Assembly (NCBI GenBank): GCA_963734535.1
Contig: CAVTHS010000008.1
Span: forward strand, 320,001-384,000
Direction of reading: 5' to 3'
Source of the DNA: an uncultured Chloroflexia bacterium
GTDB lineage: Bacteria; Chloroflexota; Limnocylindria; Limnocylindrales; CSP1-4
DNA length: 64,000 nt
In this document: positions 40,933 through 51,245 of the stretch, piece after piece
How positions within the stretch are numbered: position 1 is the first letter of the stretch
How the letters are laid out: every line of letters begins with the position of its first letter
Program-made: the position numbers and the translations under genes
Notes under the pieces: model-generated
The model's input: the letters and a program-made list of their open reading frames with translations, nothing else
Told to the model about the DNA's origin: nothing
Databases searched by the model: none

Positions 40933-42360
40933 ATGAAGACGGTCACGCTGCAGGATTTCCAGCCCACGCCCGAGCAGGGCGCTGACGGCGACGCGCACAG
41001 GAGCACGCCGGGCGGCCCGCCCGCAGGGCTGATCGATGCCGCCGTGACCCGCCGCGGATTCCTCCGGGGCGCCGCGCTCGCGGGCACGGGTCTCGTCGCT
41101 GCCACCGTGGCTGCCTGTGCGCCCGCAGCGGGCCAGGCCTGGCAGTACGCCACCTCCAAGCCGCTGGCCAGCGGCAGCCCGGCGCCGGTTGCCTCGGCCG
41201 CGGCCAGCGCGGCGCCGGTTGCCTCGGCCGCGGCCAGCGCCGCCGCGTCGGCGGCGCCGAGCATGAGCATGCCTCCGACGGCGGCCCCCACCGCCGTGCC
41301 GTCCGCGTCGGCGATCGCGAACCTCCCGCCGGGGTGGAGCGAGCACGACATCAACGCCCGCCAGGTGATCCGCCGCTACCTCGGCAAGATCGCTCCGGCC
41401 CTCAAGGGCATCTACGGCGAGGCGGCGTTCGCCAAGCTTGCCGACATGCTGGCGGCCGGCGACAACTACCCCGAGCTCACCGCGATCCCAGAGTTCGCCC
41501 AGGTCACCCAGGGCAACGAGCAAATCGCGCCGAAGATCGTCAACGGCGTGAAGGTCTTCGAGCTGACCATCGACGAGATCGACCACAAGATCGACGCTAC
41601 GAAGGCGCCGCTCAAGGCCCTGGGCTACAACAGGATCTGGCCCGGCCCCCAGCTGCGCGCGACCGAGGGCGACAAGGTCAAGGCGGTCTTCACGAACAAT
41701 CTGAAGGAGACCACCAGCGTCCACTTCCACGGCATCGAGTTCGAGGACTTCTTCCAGGACGGCGTCCCGTTCGTCACGCAGAAGCCGATCGCGCCAGGTG
41801 AGACGTTCACCTACGAGTTCACCGCCACGCCGCACGGCTCGATGATGTACCACTCCCACCACAACGCGACCGACCAGGTCGGGCGGGGGCTCCTCGCCGC
41901 GTTCATCGTCGACCCGAAGGATCCGGCCGAGAGCTACGCCAGGAAATACGGGGTCACCCAGGAGTACACCTGGATCTCGAATGACACCGTCGGCGGCTTC
42001 ACGATCAACGGGCACGGGTTCCCGGCCGTGGCGCCGATCGTCGCCGCGAAGGGCGAGAAGGTTCTCGTCCGCTTCATGAACGAGGGAATCATGATGCACC
42101 CGTGGCACCTACACGGGTACCGGATGCGGGTCGTCGCGCGCGACGGCGCTCGGCTTGGCACTGCCGAGTTCTTCGCCGACACGCTAGGCGTCAACCCCGG
42201 CGAGCGCTACGACGTCATCGTCGATGTCGACCGTCCGGGAGTGTGGGCCTTCCACTGCCACATCCTGCCGCACGTCGAAGGGACCGAGGGAATGTTCGGG
42301 ATGGTCAACACCCTCATCGTCACGCCGACCAAGGTGGACCTGGCGCCGCTCCTGGCGTAG
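40933..42360 (+). CDS. Tat-exported two-domain multicopper oxidase (small-laccase-like lipoprotein)
   Basis: TRRGFL, lipobox VAAC, HFHG, YHSH, HPWHLH, HCHILPH...M. Confidence 0.88.
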   Translation: MKTVTLQDFQPTPEQGADGDAHRSTPGGPPAGLIDAAVTRRGFLRGAALAGTGLVAATVAACAPAAGQAWQYATSKPLASGSPAPVASAAASAAPVASAAASAAASAAPSMSMPPTAAPTAVPSASAIANLPPGWSEHDINARQVIRRYLGKIAPALKGIYGEAAFAKLADMLAAGDNYPELTAIPEFAQVTQGNEQIAPKIVNGVKVFELTIDEIDHKIDATKAPLKALGYNRIWPGPQLRATEGDKVKAVFTNNLKETTSVHFHGIEFEDFFQDGVPFVTQKPIAPGETFTYEFTATPHGSMMYHSHHNATDQVGRGLLAAFIVDPKDPAESYARKYGVTQEYTWISNDTVGGFTINGHGFPAVAPIVAAKGEKVLVRFMNEGIMMHPWHLHGYRMRVVARDGARLGTAEFFADTLGVNPGERYDVIVDVDRPGVWAFHCHILPHVEGTEGMFGMVNTLIVTPTKVDLAPLLA

Positions 42361-42404
42361 GCGTCCGCTCCGCGCCGCAGCACCGAAGACGGGACAACCT
42401 GACC

Positions 42405-42821
42405 ATGGCGCACATCGAGACGATCCTCCTCGCCACCGACGCCTCACGCGCGTCGGAAGCCGCCGAGGAGCAGGCCATCGACCTGGCCGCCCGGCTGGGC
42501 AGCCGACTCGTCGTCGTCTCCGCGGTCTCCGGCTCGCCGGAAGTCCGATCGGGCCGCCTGGTCGCGGTGGAGGGCGTCGTCCAGCGGGCGCGCGCCGGCG
42601 GTGCGAGCGCCGAGGGCCTGACCTGGGACGGTGACGCCGGCGAGTCGATCGTCGAGGCGGCTGCGGCGGAGCATGCCGACCTGATCGTCGTGGGGACGCA
42701 CGAGCGCGGCACTGTCGGGCGCCTCTTCCTGGGCAGCGTCTCGGATCACGTGGTCCGCCATGCCAGGTGCCCGGTCATGGTGGTTCGGCCGACGCACGTG
42801 CTGTCCAGCTCGTCAAGCTGA
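42405..42821 (+). CDS. Universal stress protein
   Basis: ILLATDAS, ADLIVVGTH, LFLGSVSDHVVRHARCPVMVV. Confidence 0.93.
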   Translation: MAHIETILLATDASRASEAAEEQAIDLAARLGSRLVVVSAVSGSPEVRSGRLVAVEGVVQRARAGGASAEGLTWDGDAGESIVEAAAAEHADLIVVGTHERGTVGRLFLGSVSDHVVRHARCPVMVVRPTHVLSSSSS

Positions 42822-42861
42822 ACGCGGGGCCGGCAGGGGCAGAGCCTTCGGGTGCGCGCGG

Positions 42862-43004
42862 GCGGGGGCCGGCCCGGGTCGCGTGCGTGCGTGCGTGCGG
42901 CGGCCGGCCCGGGTCGGAGCCGGCGGCGGGGGCCGGCCCGGGTCGGAGCCGGCGGGCGGGGGCCGGCCCGGGTCGCGGCGGCGGGCGGGGGCCGGCCCGG
43001 GTCG
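42862..43004. repeat. Five copies of a ~20-bp GC motif plus a (GCGT)n tract
   Basis: GCGGGGGCCGGCCCGGGTCG repeated at about 30-bp spacing. Confidence 0.85.
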
Positions 43005-43078
43005 CGTGCGGGCGCGCCGGGCGGCCGTTGCGTCTGCAACGCTCGAACCGCGGCCCCTTGGTCTCGCCGGCGCGGGTT

Positions 43079-43208
43079 TGGCCTGCACGTCCCAGCACCC
43101 TGGGTGCTGATATCGCAGCCGCGGTGTCTGGCCTGCACGTCCCAGCACCCCGGGTGCTGATATCGCAGCCGCGGTGTCTGGCCTGCACGTCCCAGCACCC
43201 CGGGTGCT
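43079..43208. repeat. 50-bp tandem repeat (2.6 copies) with an internal palindrome
   Basis: TGGCCTGCACGTCCCAGCACCC(T/C)GGGTGCTGATATCGCAGCCGCGGTGTC. Confidence 0.92.
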
Positions 43209-43452
43209 CGTATGCGCGCGTCGCGATGCCTCGGGGCCGGCCGGACTCGGGTCGATCCGCGAATCGTGCTCGCGATCGTCCGGATCGGCGGCCCGAGTTG
43301 CGCGAACCGGGTGCAGCCCGGACTTACCAGCACGCTCGTGGCTACCGCGTGCAACCCGACGAGGGACGACCATGACGACGACGCCGCCGTCCGGCGACCC
43401 CGGCCCGCGAGCCCACCCCGGGCTGGGCACGCTGGGATTGGCGCCGCGTCCC

Positions 43453-43690
43453 GTGTGCGATCCCGACCCTTGACCCGCCCGGCGGCAGCGGCCCGCGAGC
43501 ACCCGGCGGAACCAGCGATCCCGACCCCGTCGCCGGCGGAACCAGCGGTCCGGGAGCCGCGTCGCGTCCGGTGTGCGATCCCGACCCCGTCGCCCGGCGG
43601 ATCCAGCGGTCCGGGAGCCACCGGACCGAACGACGCCCGTCGCCCGGCGGAACCAGCGGTCCGGGAGCTATCGGCCCGAACGACGCCACG
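43453..43690. repeat. Mosaic imperfect repeats
   Basis: Interleaved modules GCGATCCCGACCCC and CCGGCGGA(A/T)CCAGCGGTCCGGGAGC. Confidence 0.8.
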
Positions 43691-43702
43691 CGGTGCAGCA
43701 CC

Positions 43703-44524
43703 CTACCTGGTGTACATCCCCTCCGGATCGAGCTCCTCGCGGATGAGCCGGAGCTCCTCCGGTGTCGGCGCGGGCGTCGGAGCGAGCGACGGGGAGACGT
43801 GCGGCTCCCAGCCGAGCGTCGCGCGAACCTCGTCGAGCGTCGCCCCGGGGTGGAGGAAGTCCAGGCGCATCTCGCCGGTCTCGTCGAAGTGCCAGATCCC
43901 GAGGTCCGTGACCACGACGGATGGGCCGCTGCCCAGCCAGCCCTGCTCGCGCCGGATCCGTTCCGACTTCTCGGCGCCGCCCAGGTTCCCGGGCGAGGTC
44001 CGGAAGTCGATCCGTTCCACGAAAGAGCGGGCCGACTGGCGCATGATCACGAAGATCTGGCGCGCGTTGATCGCGATCTCGCAGGCACCGCCCGACCCGG
44101 GGAGCCGCGTCTTCGGGTGCGCGTACTCCCCGATGACGGTCGTGTTGATGTTCCCGAAGCGGTCGATCTGGGCCGCGCCCAGGAAGCCGACGTCGATGAG
44201 GCCGCCCTGCAGGTAGTAGGCGAAGAGCTCCCACATGCTCGTGACCGCCGTCGCGCCGGTGACGATCGTCGGGTCGCCGATCGACAGCGGGAGTCGCGCC
44301 GGGCGCGCGCCGAACACGCCTGCCTCGTAGACGAGCTCCATGTCGGGCGCGATCGTGCGCTTGGCAAGGTTCACGGCGATGTTCGGGAGGCCGACGCCGA
44401 CGAAACAGACCCGCTGCCCGGCGAGCTCGCGGGCAGCTGCCACGATCATCATCTCGGACTTCGAGAATTGAGCCGGGCCGGTGGCCGCGGGCGCGTGACC
44501 GTCTCCGGGGCGCTCGGCAGCCAT
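43703..44524 (-). CDS. Family-I CoA-transferase beta subunit (GctB-like)
   Basis: FVGVGLP, VYEAG (catalytic Glu position), GAAQIDRFGNIN, LPGSGGA. Confidence 0.9.
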   Translation of the reverse strand: MAAERPGDGHAPAATGPAQFSKSEMMIVAAARELAGQRVCFVGVGLPNIAVNLAKRTIAPDMELVYEAGVFGARPARLPLSIGDPTIVTGATAVTSMWELFAYYLQGGLIDVGFLGAAQIDRFGNINTTVIGEYAHPKTRLPGSGGACEIAINARQIFVIMRQSARSFVERIDFRTSPGNLGGAEKSERIRREQGWLGSGPSVVVTDLGIWHFDETGEMRLDFLHPGATLDEVRATLGWEPHVSPSLAPTPAPTPEELRLIREELDPEGMYTR

Positions 44525-45444
44525 CAGCGGTACTCCCCGTAGTCGACCACGCCGGACGGGGCGGAGCCGCTCGGCAGGAGTGAGCGCAGTCGCTCCGGGC
44601 CGAGCTTCTCGGCGTATGCCGCGCGGCCATCGAGGTCGTAGACCCAGTCCCGCAGCCACTGCTCGGTGGCAGCGGGATCCCGGCTGATGGGGTCCCAATC
44701 GCGGTAGAAGCGGTTGTCGCGGTCGTAGCGGCCCTGGACGTACGAGGGATGTGCGCCCCAGGGCTCGACCACCACCGCGTCCACGACGATCCCGGGCACG
44801 ATCGTCCGGTTCGGGTCGGCCCGGATGACATCCTCGTCGACGAGCTCCTCCACGACCACGATCACTCGGTCGGCCGCGAAGGCCGCCTCCTTCTGGCAGC
44901 CGAGGAGGCCCCAGACCTGCGTGTTGCCGGCCGCGTCGGAGCGCTGCGCGTGGATCACGGTGACGTCCGGCTTGAGGGGCGGCACCGCGTAGACCATCCC
45001 GTCGCCGTACGGGCTCTCGATCGGCCGGATGAGCGGGTTCGCGACGGGCAGGTCCGTCTCGAAGTACGAGCGGAGCGGCATGAAGGGGAGGTTCGCCGCC
45101 CCGGCCGCGTATCGCGCAACCATCCCGAAGTGGCTGTACTCCTCGAGCTCGAGCGACGTGTCGGCGCCTTCCGTGACACGCCGGATCGCGTTCAGGCCGC
45201 CGACCCCGGGATTGCCGAGCCAGCTGAAGATGAGCTTGCGCGCGACGCCTGCCGCGACCATCTGGTCGTAGATGACGTCGGGCGTCATCCGCGCCAGCAC
45301 CAGGTCGCGCCGGCCCTGCCGGATGATCTCGTGCCCGGCCGCGAAGCTGATGAGGTGGGTGAAGCCCTCGATCGCGACGGTGTCGCCGTCGCGCACGAGG
45401 TCGGCGACGGCGTCGCGCATCGTGGCGACCTTCGAGCCGGACAT
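44524..45444 (-). CDS. Family-I CoA-transferase alpha subunit (GctA-like)
   Basis: EGFTHLI, RMTPD, EEYSH, HAQRSDAAGN, GAHPS. Confidence 0.9.
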   Translation of the reverse strand: MSGSKVATMRDAVADLVRDGDTVAIEGFTHLISFAAGHEIIRQGRRDLVLARMTPDVIYDQMVAAGVARKLIFSWLGNPGVGGLNAIRRVTEGADTSLELEEYSHFGMVARYAAGAANLPFMPLRSYFETDLPVANPLIRPIESPYGDGMVYAVPPLKPDVTVIHAQRSDAAGNTQVWGLLGCQKEAAFAADRVIVVVEELVDEDVIRADPNRTIVPGIVVDAVVVEPWGAHPSYVQGRYDRDNRFYRDWDPISRDPAATEQWLRDWVYDLDGRAAYAEKLGPERLRSLLPSGSAPSGVVDYGEYR

Positions 45445-45452
45445 GACTGGCC

Positions 45453-46778
45453 TCAGCGGCCGGCGACCGCGGCGACGGCCTCCGCGAAGACGCGACAGCC
45501 GGTGGCGATCTCCCGCTCCGTCACCACGAGCGGCGGGGACATCCGGATGACGTCGTCCCCGGCGGTGAGGACCATCAGGCCGCGTTGGAAGGCCGCGTGC
45601 TCGACGGCGGCGGCCGTGGCACCCGAATCGAACTGGACGCCGATGAGGAGGCCCTTGCCCCGGACCTCCCGGACGTGGCCCGGGTAGGCGGCCACCAGCG
45701 GCCCGAGCGCCGCCTGCATCTGCTCGCCGCGGGTCGCCGCGTTGTCGATCAGGCCCCCCTCGAGCAGGCCGATCGTGGCGAGCGCTGCCGCGCAGCTGAC
45801 CGGGTTCCCGCCGAACGTCGAGCCGTGCGCGCCGGCCGCCCACGTCATCAGGTGCTCCTTGGCGATCATGGCGCCGATCGGCATCCCGGAGGCGAGGCCC
45901 TTGGCAGTCAGGACCACGTCCGGCTCCACGTCCCAGTGCTGGGTGGCCCACATCCGGCCGGTCCGGCCCATGCCGCTCTGCACCTCGTCCGCGACGAGAA
46001 GAATGCCATGCTGGTCGCAGATCCTGCGCAGTCGCGGGAGGAACTCGGCGTCGGGGACCTGGATTCCGCCCTCGCCCTGGATCGGCTCGACGACGATCGC
46101 CGCGACCTCGTTCGCCGGTACCAGGCGGTGGAAGACGCGCTGCTCCAGCTCGTCGAGGCCGGCTGACCCGAACGGCACGTGATAGATGCCCGGCAGCATC
46201 GGGCCGAAATGCGCGTGGTACTTCGCCTTGGAGGCGGTGAGGCTGACGCTCCCGAACGTGCGTCCGTGGAAGCCGCCCAGGAACCCCACGACGTACTGGC
46301 GCCCGGTGGCGTAGCGGGCCAGCTTGAGGGCTGCCTCCACGACCTCGGTTCCGGAGTTCCCCAGGAAGACGCGGGTGGGGCCGTGCATCGGGGCGATCCG
46401 CTCCAGCTCGGCGGCGAGGTGGGCGTAGACCGGCAGGTAGAAGTCCGAGGCGCTGTAATGGAGGAGCTGCGTTGCCTGCTCCTGGATCGCCGCCACGACC
46501 CGGGGGTGGCAATGCCCGGTCACGTTGACCGCGATTCCCGCGCAGAAGTCCAGGAACCGGTTCCCGTCGATGTCCTCGATCGTCGACCCGAGGCCGCGGA
46601 CGGGCACGATCGGGTAGGCGCGCGGCAGCGACGGCGAGGTGTAGCGCTCGTCGAACGCGATGTGCTCGCGCGCCTTCGGACCGGGAAGCTCGGTCACGAG
46701 GTGCGGCGCGTCGAAGCCGGAGGCCGCGTCGGTTGGGACGCCGGTCTTCGCGACATCGCGGACTGCCGCGTGGCTCAT
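45453..46778 (-). CDS. Class-III aminotransferase (GABA/ornithine-type)
   Basis: LPGPKA, DIDGNRFLDF, GFHGRT, EPIQGEGG, DEVQSGMGRTG, TAKG, GSTFGGNP. Confidence 0.92.
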   Translation of the reverse strand: MSHAAVRDVAKTGVPTDAASGFDAPHLVTELPGPKAREHIAFDERYTSPSLPRAYPIVPVRGLGSTIEDIDGNRFLDFCAGIAVNVTGHCHPRVVAAIQEQATQLLHYSASDFYLPVYAHLAAELERIAPMHGPTRVFLGNSGTEVVEAALKLARYATGRQYVVGFLGGFHGRTFGSVSLTASKAKYHAHFGPMLPGIYHVPFGSAGLDELEQRVFHRLVPANEVAAIVVEPIQGEGGIQVPDAEFLPRLRRICDQHGILLVADEVQSGMGRTGRMWATQHWDVEPDVVLTAKGLASGMPIGAMIAKEHLMTWAAGAHGSTFGGNPVSCAAALATIGLLEGGLIDNAATRGEQMQAALGPLVAAYPGHVREVRGKGLLIGVQFDSGATAAAVEHAAFQRGLMVLTAGDDVIRMSPPLVVTEREIATGCRVFAEAVAAVAGR

Positions 46779-47005
46779 GGAGCACCTCCCTGGAAACGAG
46801 CGAGCTGCGACGCGTGGGCACGCGGCGAGGCCGGAACGCATAGAAACTATGCAGACTGGATATGGCGAGTATAGCCGGGCACGGTCCGCGAATCGCGGCC
46901 GCACGGCGCACCGGGGGCCATCCCCGCCGCCGGCAGCCAGGGGCGCCCTGCTCCGGTCACGACGACGTGACCGGAGTCAGCGACACGGACTCCGGCGGCG
47001 CGGCG

Positions 47006-48571
47006 TCAGTCGACGACGGTGTGGCTCTGCTCGCGCATGAACTGGACCGGGTAGTACATCGACAGGCCGGCCTTGCCGGTGCTCCCCGAGCCCTTCCAGC
47101 CACCGAACGCCTGGACGCCCGGCCATGCGCCGGTCGTCGCGCCGGCCTGCCGGTTCACGTACAGCACCCCGGCCTCGATCCCCTCGAGGAACTGCGCGAC
47201 CTCCGCGGGGTCCTGGCTGTAGACGCCCGCAGTCAGCCCGAACGCGCTCTCGTTCGCCAGGCCGATCGCCTCGCCAAGGGAGTCCACGGCGGCGACCGCC
47301 GTCAGGGGCACGAACAGCTCGTCCCGGAAGAGCCGGTGGCTCGGCGGCACCTCGACGACGGTCGGCTCGACGTAGAAGCCGTGGCGGAGCGCCCCGTCGT
47401 TGAGGTGCTCGCCGCCGATGTGAACGAGCCCGTCGCGGCGGGCCTCCGTCGCGGCCCGTCCGTAGCGCTCGACCGCGTGCGCATCGATCACCGGGCCGAG
47501 CCAGTTCTCGCGCAGGAGCGGATCCCCGATCGTGAGCTTCTCGGTCTTCTGCACGAGCAGCCGGACCAGCTCGTCCCGGGCGGATCGCTCCACGTAGACG
47601 CGGCTGTTGGCGGAGCACTTCTGGCCACCGAAGCCGAACGCCGAGCGGACGATCCCCTCCGCGGCCTCGTCCAGGTCGGCCCGGGCCGTCACGATCGCCG
47701 GGTTCTTGCCTCCCATCTCGACGATGCAGGGCCTGGGAAACCGCGTCGAGAATCGGCGGAAGAGCTCGAAGCCCACGTCGAAGGAGCCGGTGAAGACGAT
47801 CCCGTCGATCCCAGGATTCGCCTGCAGCTCTTCCCCGACGGTCGCCCCCGGCCCCATCACCAGGTTGAAGACGCCGGCCGGGATGCCGGCGTCGGTGAGG
47901 GCCTCTGCCAGCAGGACGCCCGTCATGGCGCCGGCCGAGGCGGGCTTGAAGATCACCGTGTTGCCGCCCGCGAGGGCCCCGGCTGACGGGCCGGCCGCGA
48001 GGGCCATCGGGAAGTTGAACGGGGAGATGACCGCGAAGACGCCGTACGGGCGAAGGATCGACCGCGTGTGGACGGCCTCGTCGCCGAGGTTGTCCATCGG
48101 GTGGTCGTACCCGTCGTTGTCCTCGAAGATGTCCGCGTAATAGCGCAGCAGGTCGGCTGCCTCCTCGACCTCGCCCAGCGCCTCGAGGCGGTTCTTGCCC
48201 ACCTCGATCGCCATCACCGCGGCGTATTCCATCTGCCGCTCGGAGATCAGCTCGGCGGCCCGCCGCAGGATGGCCAGCCGGTCGCGCCATGGCATCGCTC
48301 GCCAGGCCGGCTGGGCGGCCCGCGCCGCGGCGATCGCGTCGCGGACGTCGTCCGCGGTCCCTTTCGCGAAGGTGCCGACGAGCACGCGCTCGTCGATGGG
48401 CGAGCGGAGCTCGAACGCGCCATCGCCGTCCCGGCCGACGCCGTTCACGAGGTTCTGGTGATACGCGCCGAGGCGCGTTCGCGCCCGGGCGAGGCCCGCC
48501 TCGTACAGCTGGTGGAGCTCCTCGTTGTCGTTGCGGAGCGTTGCGTACGTGATCTTGATCCGCTCGGCCAT
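47006..48571 (-). CDS. Aldehyde dehydrogenase (1-pyrroline-5-carboxylate dehydrogenase-like)
   Basis: SPFNFP, FTGS, EMGGKN, GQKCSA, ELFVP, FGGWKGSG. Confidence 0.9.
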   Translation of the reverse strand: MAERIKITYATLRNDNEELHQLYEAGLARARTRLGAYHQNLVNGVGRDGDGAFELRSPIDERVLVGTFAKGTADDVRDAIAAARAAQPAWRAMPWRDRLAILRRAAELISERQMEYAAVMAIEVGKNRLEALGEVEEAADLLRYYADIFEDNDGYDHPMDNLGDEAVHTRSILRPYGVFAVISPFNFPMALAAGPSAGALAGGNTVIFKPASAGAMTGVLLAEALTDAGIPAGVFNLVMGPGATVGEELQANPGIDGIVFTGSFDVGFELFRRFSTRFPRPCIVEMGGKNPAIVTARADLDEAAEGIVRSAFGFGGQKCSANSRVYVERSARDELVRLLVQKTEKLTIGDPLLRENWLGPVIDAHAVERYGRAATEARRDGLVHIGGEHLNDGALRHGFYVEPTVVEVPPSHRLFRDELFVPLTAVAAVDSLGEAIGLANESAFGLTAGVYSQDPAEVAQFLEGIEAGVLYVNRQAGATTGAWPGVQAFGGWKGSGSTGKAGLSMYYPVQFMREQSHTVVD

Positions 48572-48687
48572 TGGCGATCCCCTCGTGCGCGTCGTCGGCG
48601 AATCGGGCGCGGGCGGACCGGTCGCGGAGGACCCGCGAGCGTGGTCGGGACGGCGCCCGGACGCCGGATGGTGCGGTCCGGTGGCCT

Positions 48688-49602
48688 TCAGTCTAGCGCG
48701 GCGACGACCTCGGCCAGCGAGGGCGCCACCGAGTCCGGGACGGCCCGCGATCGCCGGACGGCGGCCGTCCCGGTCCGCGCAACGTCGAGCAGCGTTGCTG
48801 CCTCGGCGGCGCTCGTCTTGCCGGTCAGCAGCAGCACGCTGCGCATGCCCAGCCGGCGGGCGCCGGCGATGTCCTGGGCAGGATCGTCCCCGACCATCGC
48901 GACGTCGCGCACCGGCACGCGCCGCCCGAGATCCGCGGCCAGGCCGGCGAGCGCGGTCCGGAACATGATCGGGCCGGGCTTGCCGCACAGCACCGCGTGC
49001 GCGCCGGTGGCGAACTCGAGCGCGACGACGAAGGCGCCACTGTCGAGCGTCGGGCCCCGTGGCGTGAACCACCACGGGTTCCGGTGCATCGCGAGGAGCG
49101 CGGCGCCGCCGCGGACGAGCCGGAAGGCGCGGTCGAGATTCGCGAAGCTCAGGTCCTCGGCGCCATCCCCGATCACCACCGCGGCGGCCCGTGCGCCCGG
49201 CGCGTCGGCCTCCTCGTAGGGCATCAGGTGCTGCCCGTCGAACTCGCGCCGACCGTCCGGCTTCGTGATCACGAAGAGCGGCTGGCCGGGAAAGGTTGCC
49301 GCGGTGTGCGCGGCCGTTGCGCTGGCCGCGGTCACGATCCGCTCCCACGGGACCCGCAGGCCGTCCCCCTGGAACCGCGCCGCGAGCGTCGCCCGGTGGG
49401 CCCCCGAGAAGTTGGTGGCGATCCGGAAGGGAATGCCCTTCGCCTCGAGCGCGCCGAGGGCCTCGACCGCCCCGGGAAGGGCCCTGCCCTTCAGGACGAT
49501 CACGCCGTCCGCGTCGAGCACGAGCGCACGGACGCCCGCCAGGGCCTCGCGGAGACTCGGGTGGGTGGCGGGCTTGCCGGCGGCCGGCATGGTCGCGTCC
49601 AT
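48688..49602 (-). CDS. HAD-IIA (NagD-like) hydrolase
   Basis: LDADGV, ATN, GKPG, MVGDDPAQDI, TGK; TACTGT -10 7 nt before the ATG. Confidence 0.88.
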   Translation of the reverse strand: MDATMPAAGKPATHPSLREALAGVRALVLDADGVIVLKGRALPGAVEALGALEAKGIPFRIATNFSGAHRATLAARFQGDGLRVPWERIVTAASATAAHTAATFPGQPLFVITKPDGRREFDGQHLMPYEEADAPGARAAAVVIGDGAEDLSFANLDRAFRLVRGGAALLAMHRNPWWFTPRGPTLDSGAFVVALEFATGAHAVLCGKPGPIMFRTALAGLAADLGRRVPVRDVAMVGDDPAQDIAGARRLGMRSVLLLTGKTSAAEAATLLDVARTGTAAVRRSRAVPDSVAPSLAEVVAALD

Positions 49603-49802
49603 CGGCGCGACAGTACCAAGGCCCGCGGTGTCCGTCATCGGCGGATCGTCGGCCGCCGTGCGCGGCCCGCTCGCGGTCGAGGCGCCCGTCCGCCGTCCGC
49701 GACCGTGACGCCTGCCCGCGGCCGAGGCGCGAGGCCGCGCCCCGGGTAGGATGTCGCGACACGCGCCAGACCGGCGTGCAGCGCTGCAGGAGATGGCGAC
49801 CG

Positions 49803-50591
<789 letters not shown>

Positions 50592-50632
50592 CGGCGGCGT
50601 CCACCCGCCCCTCCGCCAGCGCGCCGGCGCGC

Positions 50633-51100
50633 TCAGCGGCAGGATCGACAGCGCCCCACGATCGTCACGTGGGAGAGGTCGACAGCGAACCCTCGAGCGG
50701 CTTCGAGGGACGCCACGATCGTGGCGCCCTCATCCTTCGTGATCTCCCAGGCAGCGCCGCATGCCCGGCAGTGCAGGTGCCCGTGCTCGGCATCCGGGAG
50801 GACGTGGTACTCCTCGCGACCGTCCGGGCCGTGGCCATGGCGCACGATGCCCAGGTCCTCGAGGACGTCCAGCGTCCGGTAGACGGTGGACGGGATCGTC
50901 GACGGGTCCTGCTCGCGGCAGCGCTCGATCAGGTCCGCACCGGTCACGTGGCCGCGGGTCTGCGAGAGCACCGCGACCAGCGCCCTCCGCTGGGGAGTCC
51001 AGCGCAGGCCGCGCGCGCGGAGTCGATCCCGAACCGATTCCCAGGCGGCGACGTCGTCCGCCCGGGATTCGCTGCGGGGGTGCGATCCGGCGGGCTGCAT
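50633..51100 (-). CDS. Fur-family regulator, Nur-like
   Basis: TPQR, STVYRTL, RHGH, HGHLHCRAC, DLSH, CRSC; TATACT -10 7 nt before the ATG. Confidence 0.88.
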   Translation of the reverse strand: MQPAGSHPRSESRADDVAAWESVRDRLRARGLRWTPQRRALVAVLSQTRGHVTGADLIERCREQDPSTIPSTVYRTLDVLEDLGIVRHGHGPDGREEYHVLPDAEHGHLHCRACGAAWEITKDEGATIVASLEAARGFAVDLSHVTIVGRCRSCR

Positions 51101-51137
51101 CGCGCGAAGTATAGGTGGGATGGGCGCCCGCGACCGT

Positions 51138-51157
51138 TGTTGCAACTGATTGCAGCA
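51138..51157. promoter_or_regulatory. Putative Fur/Nur operator
   Basis: TGTTGCAACTGATTGCAGCA, an AT-rich near-palindrome between the divergent fur and nikM genes. Confidence 0.65.
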
Positions 51158-51245
51158 AGCGGCCTTCTCGCCTAGACTTCGGCAGGTCCGCCGCGCGCGT
51201 GGCCGATTTGCCTGCCAGCTTGTCCGAGGTCGACCGGAGCGCTCC

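Noticed and set aside
40933-42360. Copper nitrite reductase NirK
   Set aside because: The T1 Cys is in domain 2 and trinuclear-site HxH motifs are present, which fits a two-domain laccase-type oxidase
42391-42404. DosR-like box before the USP gene (GGGACAACCTGACC)
   Set aside because: Only a half-site, overlapping the RBS region, with no -10 at the expected distance; USP is more likely co-transcribed with the oxidase
43079-43208. Palindromic repeats resembling a CRISPR array
   Set aside because: The intervening sequences are identical, there are fewer than 3 full units, and no cas genes are in the window
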